A DNA stretch of 64,000 bases, taken from the IMG/VR virus record IMGVR_UViG_3300025889_000096; one strand, 5' to 3'. The stretch comes from an uncultured virus (IMG/VR IMGVR_UViG_3300025889_000096). Taxonomy: Duplodnaviria; Heunggongvirae; Uroviricota; Caudoviricetes. Every line of letters begins with the position of its first letter. The stretch's first letter is position 1. Shown in pieces: positions 21,184 to 30,800 of this stretch. Below the pieces are notes generated by a model. That model was given only the letters and a program-made list of their open reading frames with translations, did no database searches and had not been told where the DNA came from. Position numbers and translations under genes: made by a program.

Positions 21184-21335
21184 TTGACTAGTTTGTATTT
21201 AGTTTCTTCGCCGTTTGCTCCTTTTACTCTTCCAGCACAATGTGCTTTTTGAGAAAATCCTTTTGGATTTGAGCAATCAATACTCTTTTTATATTTATCA
21301 GACCACTCCTCTTGAAACTGTTTAAATGTTTTCAT
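21180..21335 (-). CDS. Small basic protein with capsid-targeting-like N-terminus (MKTFKQFQEE)
   Basis: Translated by hand, 51 aa; ATGA overlap with the next gene. Confidence 0.7.
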   Translation of the reverse strand: MKTFKQFQEEWSDKYKKSIDCSNPKGFSQKAHCAGRVKGANGEETKYKLVK

Positions 21336-21768
21336 CTGTTTTTTGTGAATGTTGTCTTAGCATTTTTGCCAAATCTGCAGTAGATCCAACAAAAAGAGCA
21401 TTTGTAACATTAGTTGGACCTTTAGTAGTTTTTTCTTCTTCAACTTCTTTTAATTTTTTTTGAAGGTCCATCAACTTATCGGTTGCATCAGCTACATTTT
21501 TTATCAACTGTCCAGCAACCTCATAAGCTCTTGGCATTTCACTTTCTTGTGCCAATTCGAGGATTCCATTAATTGCTTCTTGACCTTTTTCTATCAGAGA
21601 ATATAAATTTCCCCTTGTATACTCATAGTCTTTCTTAACATCTTCATTTTGAGATAATGATTTTAATTCTTTTTGTTGTTCTTTTATATTTTCAACCTCT
21701 GCCTCTACTATTTCTCCAGAAACATTAAATGTATCATTTAAACTATCAAATTTTTTTGTCATTTTCAT
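21322..21768 (-). CDS. g16: Terminase small subunit gp16
   Basis: DYEYTRGNLY, PRAYEVAGQLIK, FVGSTADL. Confidence 0.93.
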   Translation of the reverse strand: MKMTKKFDSLNDTFNVSGEIVEAEVENIKEQQKELKSLSQNEDVKKDYEYTRGNLYSLIEKGQEAINGILELAQESEMPRAYEVAGQLIKNVADATDKLMDLQKKLKEVEEEKTTKGPTNVTNALFVGSTADLAKMLRQHSQKTDENI

Positions 21769-22778
21769 GAGAATTCGCTACTAAATCCAAAATCATCTCC
21801 AACTTTAATTAATACATTATCTGCACTAGTTATTCTCTTAACTTCTGCACCTAAAACGTGTTTAGATGCCGTTGTTTGATCAGAACCTCTAACAACAGTT
21901 AGAATATTTCCATTTTTAGAATCAACATACATTTCTTCATCATCAATTACAATATATGTATTTTCTGGAATTGAAGATGCATCATTAACTGTTACCAGAA
22001 CCTTTGATGCAGTGATGTCTTCGCTTAGAATTGTGGTTACAGTGCCAGTATAATTTTTAGTTGCTCTTGGTTCTACAGAGTAAGTGAGATCTCTTGAACC
22101 AGTTTTTGAATCTGGTCCAGAAGAAGATGCTGCAACATATCCAATAGAAACTTTTTTGATAATATCTGAAGATGCTGATTGGACGGGTCCAAAAAGATAA
22201 GTTTTTGCAGTAAATCTTAAAGTATAAATGAGTACTCTTCTTGTACTGAAGTCTCCTTCATAATCATCGGACATTGTTATACTGTCCAATACTACAGGTA
22301 TGTCTCTTTTTTCGTTAATTGATTTGACTAAATTTACTGTCATATTATATGATGGTTGAAAATATGGTAAAATTTGCTCCACAATTTGAAGCATATCATC
22401 ATTCAATTTAGTCATGATACTAAGTTCAAACTGCATATTGTATGGGACTGGCATGTATAACTTTTTTTCTTTAGTTTCGTCAGATGCCAGCTTAGTTAAA
22501 AAGGATTGAGTTTGAGTTACTTTTCTTCCTGGATCGTAATTTAATCCAATAAATTCAAATGACATTCTGGGTAGACTCATTTGAACTGGTTTATTTAAAT
22601 CAGGAGACTGTTCTAATCTTGCCAAAAACTTTTGAGTTGGTCCATACGCAAGAGGAACTTTTATTACACTAACGGAATCATCAGAACTATCCGTGTGCTT
22701 AATATTAATATTATTAAAAAGAGAACCAAATGATACGATAGTTCCTCTCAATATTTCGTTATAAAAATACTCAAACAT
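21765..22778 (-). CDS. g15: Tail sheath stabiliser gp15
   Basis: YFYNE, VPLAYGP, LPRMSFE, QIVEQILPYFQP. Confidence 0.95.
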   Translation of the reverse strand: MFEYFYNEILRGTIVSFGSLFNNINIKHTDSSDDSVSVIKVPLAYGPTQKFLARLEQSPDLNKPVQMSLPRMSFEFIGLNYDPGRKVTQTQSFLTKLASDETKEKKLYMPVPYNMQFELSIMTKLNDDMLQIVEQILPYFQPSYNMTVNLVKSINEKRDIPVVLDSITMSDDYEGDFSTRRVLIYTLRFTAKTYLFGPVQSASSDIIKKVSIGYVAASSSGPDSKTGSRDLTYSVEPRATKNYTGTVTTILSEDITASKVLVTVNDASSIPENTYIVIDDEEMYVDSKNGNILTVVRGSDQTTASKHVLGAEVKRITSADNVLIKVGDDFGFSSEFS

Positions 22779-22816
22779 TTTAATTTTTTAAAAGTACTTA
22801 TTAAACCTATTAAGTG

Positions 22817-22824
22817 TATTTATA
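22817..22824 (-). promoter_or_regulatory. T4-type late promoter TATAAATA
   Basis: Exact consensus between g14 and g15. Confidence 0.75.
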
Positions 22825-24219
22825 CTATGGCATACCAAAAGGATTTTTTTCATTAAAATCTATAATTTGATCTGCCTCTGATTCTATACTGTCATTTTGT
22901 GCAAAAGTGTCATTTATGTCATCGGTGTTTATAATTCTAATTGCTCTACTTGCACCACTTTCAGAACCAACTAGTGTTTCTCCAGCAAGGAAAGATCCAG
23001 AGACAATAGAAACCTCCAATACATTTGTTGTAGAGTTCCATGATTTAACTCTTGCTGTTGTATTACTATTAGATCCAGTTATAACTTCATTAAAAACATA
23101 AGTTCCAGCACTTCCAACATTTGGAGATCCTATTGTAATAGTTGGTGCAACACTATATCCAAGACCGGCATTCGTTATGTAAATTGCAGTAACTATGCCC
23201 GCACTAGTAATGTATGCGGATGCTATTGCAGATGCTGTAGATACTCCAGATTGAAATATTTCATTAGTAAAAGTAACGGTTGGTGGTGAAGTATATCCAG
23301 AACCACCACTTGTTACGGTAATAAACCCAACTATACCATCTCCAATATATGACGTTGCAGATGCTCCAGAACCACCACCACCATAAAATTCAACAGATGG
23401 TGCAACTGTATATCCAAATCCCGTATTTGCAATTTTAATATTCTGAACTTTTGACTTGTTGGTATTTCCATAACAATCTACTAATCCATCGATCAATGTG
23501 GCAATTCCAACTGCAGATACTCCTCCAAATGGTGCAGACGAAATGGCAACCCTAGGTACAGAAGTATATCCATTTCCTCTATTTGATATGGATATTAATC
23601 TAACTCCACCATCAACAATACTTAAAGATGCGGTTGCTGTGGAAGCAGAACCAACCAAAGTTAATGTTTGAATATATCCTTCATCTACAAGATTATCATC
23701 AATTTCATCAACATTAGTATCGAGAACTTCATCTTCATAACGGAATAATTCACATCTCAACTCATAAACATAATTCTTTTTGAGTTGATAAAAAGGACTT
23801 TCGTGCTCAACAAATTTAATTTCAAATAACCTATCACCAAGAGGAAAATATATTAAATCACCTTCTTTAGGTCTAGTTGATAATTGAATGTTTGGTAAGT
23901 TTTTTATCAAAGGCGATATATAGTTTTCAAATCTTTCTCTTGATATTGTTAAGACAAGATCATCAGATGGTTGAATACCAAACTTGGACATCAATGTTCC
24001 CTGACCCTCAAATCCATCATATGTATTCACATATGCTTCAATTGGATATGCATTATTAAATTTAGATTCAACTACTTCTCTTATTACACTATTGGTTGTT
24101 AAATATTGCCTTGGAATGTAATAAACATCAACTCCATACATACGAAGTTGTTCGTTAATTAAATCTTGTATTAATCCTTGTTCTGATTGTGTTCCTTGTT
24201 GGAAAAATGGGTTAAGCAT
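22825..24219 (-). CDS. g14: Neck protein gp14 (with inserted GxGY-repeat region)
   Basis: DVYYIPR, RPKEGDLIYFP, FEIKFVEHESPFYQL, C-terminal DFNEKNPFG. Confidence 0.93.
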   Translation of the reverse strand: MLNPFFQQGTQSEQGLIQDLINEQLRMYGVDVYYIPRQYLTTNSVIREVVESKFNNAYPIEAYVNTYDGFEGQGTLMSKFGIQPSDDLVLTISRERFENYISPLIKNLPNIQLSTRPKEGDLIYFPLGDRLFEIKFVEHESPFYQLKKNYVYELRCELFRYEDEVLDTNVDEIDDNLVDEGYIQTLTLVGSASTATASLSIVDGGVRLISISNRGNGYTSVPRVAISSAPFGGVSAVGIATLIDGLVDCYGNTNKSKVQNIKIANTGFGYTVAPSVEFYGGGGSGASATSYIGDGIVGFITVTSGGSGYTSPPTVTFTNEIFQSGVSTASAIASAYITSAGIVTAIYITNAGLGYSVAPTITIGSPNVGSAGTYVFNEVITGSNSNTTARVKSWNSTTNVLEVSIVSGSFLAGETLVGSESGASRAIRIINTDDINDTFAQNDSIESEADQIIDFNEKNPFGMP

Positions 24220-24220
24220 A

Positions 24221-25057
24221 TCATCCTATCATGTCTAATGGTGGAAGTTCATAATCTGTTGACATTTTTTCCATTAAACTATCAAGCTCTTTTTGGGCGT
24301 CATCATATATTTGTCTCCCATTAAGTTCTATTCCTCCGGGAAGTTTAACACCTTGAAACTTAATAAGATTTTGTCCCCATTGTTTTTTGATTAGTATTGT
24401 TAAATACTTCTTTAAAAATGAATCGTTCCAAACTCTAGAAAAATCATTTGGATCTAGAAGTCTCCAACAATCTATAACTAAATAATCATCTACATTCACG
24501 CTATCCCAATCAATATCGAGATACAATCTATCCATTCTTCTATTGAATCTTATTTGCTTTTCCGTGTTAAGTAAAAAGTCAATATCTTCTAGATATGTTT
24601 TAACCATAGAATATGTTAGAATTTCTGTAGTTCCCCAATAGTAAATGTCATTGAGAAAAAGTTGATATTTAACACTAAACATATTATTCGTTGTAGTGTT
24701 AGAACCATCAAATCTAAATATTTTATTAATTCCAATGACGGATGGTGGAATTTGTAAATAATTACTATTTTCTGTGTAAGAAAAAGTAGTAGAAGTTCCT
24801 ACTATTGTTGTGGATGCTGTTGTTGTAGCAATACCTGCGGATGAAGTCCCTTTACCTCTATCAATATCTGCTTGGGTTATTTTATATTTTAAGTATACCT
24901 GAGACACTCCATCAAAATGCCTTTCATTAAAAAACTGAAGTGCATCATCAACCAAATCATCAATTTGTTCATCAGCAACATTAATTTCCAATACTGGGGC
25001 ACCAAGCTGTCTTTTGCAATAATCAATTAATTCTTGTTTGGTGGATGGTTGTGCCAT
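24221..25057 (-). CDS. g13: Neck protein gp13
   Basis: LGAPVLEINV, KQWGQNLIKF, LPGGIELNG. Confidence 0.95.
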   Translation of the reverse strand: MAQPSTKQELIDYCKRQLGAPVLEINVADEQIDDLVDDALQFFNERHFDGVSQVYLKYKITQADIDRGKGTSSAGIATTTASTTIVGTSTTFSYTENSNYLQIPPSVIGINKIFRFDGSNTTTNNMFSVKYQLFLNDIYYWGTTEILTYSMVKTYLEDIDFLLNTEKQIRFNRRMDRLYLDIDWDSVNVDDYLVIDCWRLLDPNDFSRVWNDSFLKKYLTILIKKQWGQNLIKFQGVKLPGGIELNGRQIYDDAQKELDSLMEKMSTDYELPPLDMIG

Positions 25058-25089
25058 TTATATAATCTATTCCTTTTAGTATTTATGGT

Positions 25090-25332
25090 TCATTTTGAAT
25101 CACTAACCAAACTAATCAAAAGATTTTTAATTTCGCTAAGATCTTCTTTAATATTGGAAACTTCATTCTCCAAAGATTTCATTCTACTTGCATTATCTTC
25201 TTTAATTTTTTTATTCTTTAAATAACTTTCATATCCGTTCATATCTTTGTTTAAGATAGCATTAGTTTTTTCATCTCGCAATAATTCTGAGCGACCTTCA
25301 ATTTTTAAATAACCCATATCAAGCAAGTGCAA
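25090..25332 (-). CDS. Small coiled-coil hypothetical protein (true start probably Met6, about 25317)
   Basis: LLRDEKTNAILN motif; precedes g13. Confidence 0.75.
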   Translation of the reverse strand: MHLLDMGYLKIEGRSELLRDEKTNAILNKDMNGYESYLKNKKIKEDNASRMKSLENEVSNIKEDLSEIKNLLISLVSDSK

Positions 25333-27808
25333 TAACTCTAAGATCTTTTAAAACTGGTGGAGATGCTTGGTTTGAACCATATGGATTTATTTTTATACTA
25401 TAGAAGTTAAATGATGGCAAATCAGAAACTGTAAATTCATATTCAACAAACTCTGAATTTAAATTTTGTTCTGTAGAAACTTCTGATTTTATTTTCTTAT
25501 TATCTGAAGTTCCATCCGCAATTCCAGTTGCTGAATATGTATATCCTGGGAAAGGATAATATATAGAGGTATCTTCTCTGCTATTTTTAATTGCGTAAGA
25601 GACTCTTAAATCGCTGGAAGAGTTTATAAAAGCAGAGACAATTACTTTTAATGAAGTTGCAGGAAGTTCTAACTGTATATCTTTTGAAACATAAACAAAG
25701 GAAGATGGATCTTCTAGTATAGAAGAAACTCTATTATCAGTCGCATAATTTTGTATTGGATTATTGATCCTATGCGTAACAAATTGAAGGGAAGTTCTAT
25801 CCAAGTCAACTACAGGTGAAAGATAAAGGTCAGTGGTTGATAAATTTAAGTTAACTGTTACTGATTTATTTGCCGGAAGTTGACCCAATCTTTCAGTTTC
25901 ATTTACTTTTGAACAAACTATTCTTGGTGATGTAAAATAATTTGGCTTTCCTAGTTCTATACTTGTAAATCCTAAATCAACAAAGGATGTTTCCTGACCA
26001 TCTACACTTGTCCCAGTCACTGTACGCATTTCTGCTGTCATAAATGTTCCGTTAACTTGCATTGTTTGAATACTTGGAACAACATATTCATATTGAATAT
26101 TTTGCGAAGCTTTTACTATTGGTCCTCCAGTAGACATAGATTCATTTGCGTATAGTTTTGGATATCCAGTTCCCACACTCCTATCAACCTGACCATATGG
26201 CAAATCTGCTGTCTTACCATTTTGTGTTGTATTTATTTTTATTGTATAATAATCCAATCCAATCGGATCCACCACCGTTGCATCTTGAAGAGTGTGTGTA
26301 GTATTAATTCTTCTTAAAGATATTCCATTTAATTCATATTTGTAAATTGGCGTTCCTTCAGAATATGTGAATGATAATGTCTGATCAATTCCTCTTGTAA
26401 TTCCTGTTAAAGAAGTGCTTGTAGTGCCTTCGTAGGAGATTATTTCACTACCCAATAAAATGTATCCGGGATTTGTTGTACCAACTCCAACATTTTCAAA
26501 AGTTGCAAAATTAGAAATTTGTTCTGATGGAACAACAATGTCTGCAGTGGAAGAACTTGAATATTCTGATGATAACTTTGTTGGATTTATATTGGTAAAT
26601 ACATCAGATATAGTTACCTGATTTTCGCCGGCGTGCATTCCATGATTATTATGATTTACTTTGATGTGCAATCCATCATTTACTACCGAAATTCCTCCAG
26701 ATAAAATTGTGACATTTCCACCAACTGTAGAATTTAAATCTGTAGAAATTCCAGATCCATTAATAAACCTAACAGTATTGCCAGCACCGGTTACAAATTC
26801 CCCCTGCACGTTGTCAAGAACTAACTCATTTATTCCATATAAATTAGAAACGGACAATTGCAAATTTCTACCTAAAGTTTCAGAACCCAACTGTGATACT
26901 GATAAAACATCGCCAACAGAATATCCATTTCCACCACTCAATATAGTTGCTGCAACAGCAACTCCATTTGTTATTGTAATATTAGCAGTTCCATTTGAAC
27001 CACTTCCAGTAATATTTGTGAGGGAAACATTATTGTAGGTCTCACTTCCAGAAGACGGAGTATAACCAATTCCTGAATTAATTATGTTTAAATCTCCAGT
27101 TGCAATGCCTGAAGATGAAATATAATTTCCAGTTGCATTGCTACCATATTGAAAAACTGTATTGCCAAACTTAAAATCTGAATCTTGAACCGTACTTCCA
27201 AGGCCGACTCTTATTAATCTAGAATTAAACTCAAGAGGATTTGATAAAATTTTCTGTTGAGTGTTTCCCGAAGATAAGTCTGGATTGAAAAATGTTATAT
27301 TTCCTCTATCTGAAGTAAATGCTGCCCTATTTAAAGAAAATTTGAGATCTTCATAAGGACTTTCATTCCAAGTCAATGAATTTTGCGACTTAAATAATCC
27401 TCCCGATATTGGTTGCTTAGTAACTACAACTTGAGTTGATTCAGCAGAATTTAAATTAGTTACATCTATTTCACCCATCTTTGATACCCAAACATTATAA
27501 TTGTTTGATTTTGAAGTTAGCACAATAGCATGATATTTTAATCCTTCTAAAAATATTGGAGAAGGAAAAGTTACTCTAGTTGCAATAGATGCATCATCAC
27601 TTGTTGAAACTTGTGATGGCGTCAATTCAACTTCACTAAATGGATATATTGCTTTTTGAGATGGAAACCCAAGTTCCATTGGTCTAAGTTCAATCGACAC
27701 TGGCAATATATTATCTTTAGTTGAAAAGTATAAATCAACAGAAGTTATAAAACTACCTTTTTGATGATCTATGTAAAATGACTGAGCTAACGGATCTATG
27801 AGTCTCAT
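25319..27808 (-). CDS. VrlC-like virion structural protein, C-terminal part
   Basis: Starts with DPLAQSF, a motif normally internal in VrlC/DUF4815-type proteins; ends DLRVIALA. Confidence 0.8.
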   Translation of the reverse strand: MRLIDPLAQSFYIDHQKGSFITSVDLYFSTKDNILPVSIELRPMELGFPSQKAIYPFSEVELTPSQVSTSDDASIATRVTFPSPIFLEGLKYHAIVLTSKSNNYNVWVSKMGEIDVTNLNSAESTQVVVTKQPISGGLFKSQNSLTWNESPYEDLKFSLNRAAFTSDRGNITFFNPDLSSGNTQQKILSNPLEFNSRLIRVGLGSTVQDSDFKFGNTVFQYGSNATGNYISSSGIATGDLNIINSGIGYTPSSGSETYNNVSLTNITGSGSNGTANITITNGVAVAATILSGGNGYSVGDVLSVSQLGSETLGRNLQLSVSNLYGINELVLDNVQGEFVTGAGNTVRFINGSGISTDLNSTVGGNVTILSGGISVVNDGLHIKVNHNNHGMHAGENQVTISDVFTNINPTKLSSEYSSSSTADIVVPSEQISNFATFENVGVGTTNPGYILLGSEIISYEGTTSTSLTGITRGIDQTLSFTYSEGTPIYKYELNGISLRRINTTHTLQDATVVDPIGLDYYTIKINTTQNGKTADLPYGQVDRSVGTGYPKLYANESMSTGGPIVKASQNIQYEYVVPSIQTMQVNGTFMTAEMRTVTGTSVDGQETSFVDLGFTSIELGKPNYFTSPRIVCSKVNETERLGQLPANKSVTVNLNLSTTDLYLSPVVDLDRTSLQFVTHRINNPIQNYATDNRVSSILEDPSSFVYVSKDIQLELPATSLKVIVSAFINSSSDLRVSYAIKNSREDTSIYYPFPGYTYSATGIADGTSDNKKIKSEVSTEQNLNSEFVEYEFTVSDLPSFNFYSIKINPYGSNQASPPVLKDLRVIALA

Positions 27809-27844
27809 TTTTATTTTTAGTTCTTCTTATTATTTATTTGAACA

Positions 27845-30800
27845 TTACTTATTTCTTCTGTTGTTGTTGTTTCTGCTCCTTGTAGGTTGCTTAGAACTTG
27901 TAGGTACGGATACCGCTCGGGAGACGGGGGGTGAAGGCGGTGCTACTGGCGCGGCACGGGTCGTAGCTGTTTCTGGATTAATCGCCCTACCAGTAACCGT
28001 AGTGTTAACCGTGCTTGCCCAGGAACTATTATTAATAGCTTGTGTAACTCTAGCAACTACGTTTTTATCCATCCCCTGTTCAATCTTCTGTATTAAATTA
28101 GGGTTAATACCTGCTGTCTTTGCTATTTCTTTTAATCTAGTTGCAGCAGCGTTGCCGATTTTGGCGGTGCCCCAGTTAAAATAAGTCGTTGTTGGTGTTG
28201 GTGCTGCCGGCGGTTGTGGTTGTGACACAGTCTCCCCGGGACTGACGTCAGGCCGCCTCTCTGAGATGATCGTGATCGGCACCCCTTCCGACTTAGATGG
28301 CCGAGATGGAGGTGGTGGTGGTGGCGGTGGTGGTTCTACATTAATCTTAAATTCTCTGATCATAGTCAAAGTGACCAAAGATTTTTTAATAGTTCCTTGT
28401 GCCAGATATTTTTCTTGAGCACTTGAATTGGTTACTCCAGAAATTTGAGCGTTGGTCTCACTATCTGTTAATCTAAAGATTGCGGTCTGTGTATTGAATT
28501 TTGGATTGACCTCTTGCTTTGGATCTGGAATGAAAAAAGAACCAATAATATTGCCAATATTATCCGTATGTAATCTGATATTAGTAATCTTTGCCTGAGC
28601 TCCACTAGCCTGACCTCTTAAAATCATATCTTTTGCCACATATCCATAATATTCACCTTGTGGTTGGTTGGACAAACTATACGTATCTACATTAAGTATT
28701 GTTGATGATGCTCCATATTCGGTAGGTAAAATTTCATTTGGATTATATATATTTCTTTCATAGACCTCCGATGGGCTATTAAAATCACCATACTTATGAT
28801 TAGCTTGTGCAACTCTAAATTTTATTTGCGGATTATTTGAGGTTGCAGAATCATCAAAACTACCTATAACAAGCTCTCCAACTTCAAATTTGCCAGAAGT
28901 CATAGATATCTCAAGTAATTTTGGTATTATATAGGATTTTACATCTCTAGAATCAAAAAATGCATAATGCAGTGTGTTTGGTGTCAAACCTTTTGCAGTA
29001 AATTGAATATTTCTAGACCTACAAAATAAAGCTTTATCTGCAACAACTGATGTGGACCTACTTAATTCCTGTTCTCCAATAATCCATTGACTGTTTGCAG
29101 TGTCAAAAGTTACTGAGTTGTTAGATGCGGAATTATTTAATAACTGGGTTATAGTCTCTTCTGTAATTTGCTCAGAATCCAAGTATTTTAATACTTCACT
29201 AGAATCACTAGTCTCTTCAACCCAACTATCTGATGACGGATATAATGTCATTTTTCCTTCATAAGATACCTTTGAATATGGACTTACACTTACTGTTCTA
29301 GTTGCATATGGTTGTTTTATATAATTTTCTTCAATATAATCAAGTGTAATCAATTGACCTGTTCTTTTAGCGCCTGCTCCAATTAAATTTGTATCTGTTG
29401 AAAAATCTGCATTTAAATTTGGATTATTACCAACTCCAGGTAAAGAATTAGTTGCTAATAATAAATCTAATGAAGTTACGTGTTCTTGAGATTTTAACTG
29501 CGATTTTTCAATATCTATTGAATTTCTAAAAAATGATGAGATACTTTGTGAAGTTTTACTTTTAAAGTTATCCACAAAAAATCCAGATTTAAATCTATCT
29601 AAACCATTTTCATCTATGATTTGTAAATTTGATGTATTAGTTTCTAATAATGAAAGTGTTGTATAATTTTCAAGATTTTCGATTCTAGTTTCAAGTCTTC
29701 CAATATCAGACATTCTATATCTTTTATATTGATTTAGATTTAATTTAGAATCATTAACGTTAAACAAATATGGAGGATGTGTTATGGTTGCTATTTCTAA
29801 CGAATCTTCACTAATAATTGGTGGTATTGGAATATCATCAGAAATTCCTTCTGTAACTTCGATTGAACCTCTCGAATCGACAGAAATTTTATCAATTCTT
29901 GGGAGATAGTATGAATAATCTAAGAGAATTGATTCATCAGATGCCAAAACATTAGAAGCAGAATTTCCTTGTTCTGTAAAAGATCTGGATAAAAACTCAA
30001 ATGGAGATCTAGTAGAAACACCTGATGTAGCATTTGAAACTCTTGGTCTAATATCCAGAATGTCAGATTTTCTTAATGTAATATTTTCCGATACTGTTCC
30101 AATTTCAGAGTAATCAAACTGATCATATGAATTTATCGTTGTTAAGTCTCCAGTATCTGAAGATGAAAATCCAGCAGACTCAAATATAACTCTAATTTTT
30201 CTTGTAGGTGCTTTTCTATTTGAATATCTAACTATTTTTGAATAATCGTAAATGGTATCCTTTTGATTTCTTTCTAACGCAAATGATGCCGTTATATTTT
30301 GATCTCCAATGTCAATAGATGATATAGAAGCTTTAATCCCAGACTCTTCAAAAGTTATAACTTCCCCAACAATAAAGGGCACTTGGTTAGTATCAGCAAA
30401 CTCAATAACTGAATCATCAATTTTTCCAATATAAATTGCCTTAGAATTGCTTAAACTACCTACAAAATGCTCTCCAATCAATAAGTCTCCGGTTTTATTA
30501 GTTGGACCATTTAAACTAGATAAAGTTAATCTTGGAGTTTTTGGATTGCTACTTGCATCCGAACTTTCAAATATTCCATAAATTTTAGTAACTTCGGGTT
30601 CTAAGAGACATATTTCTCTATCCTGAACTCTGGTTCCATATGGATAACCAGATTCTCCATATATCAAACCATCATTTAAAGTAGTAGATCCTGTTCCAGA
30701 AGCGGAATAAATTGATTTATCTACAATTATTGATTTTACTTTATTTCTATTTTTTATCTTTGAAGTGACGTTGGTTTTTCTTAATGTAGCTGTAAGTTTT

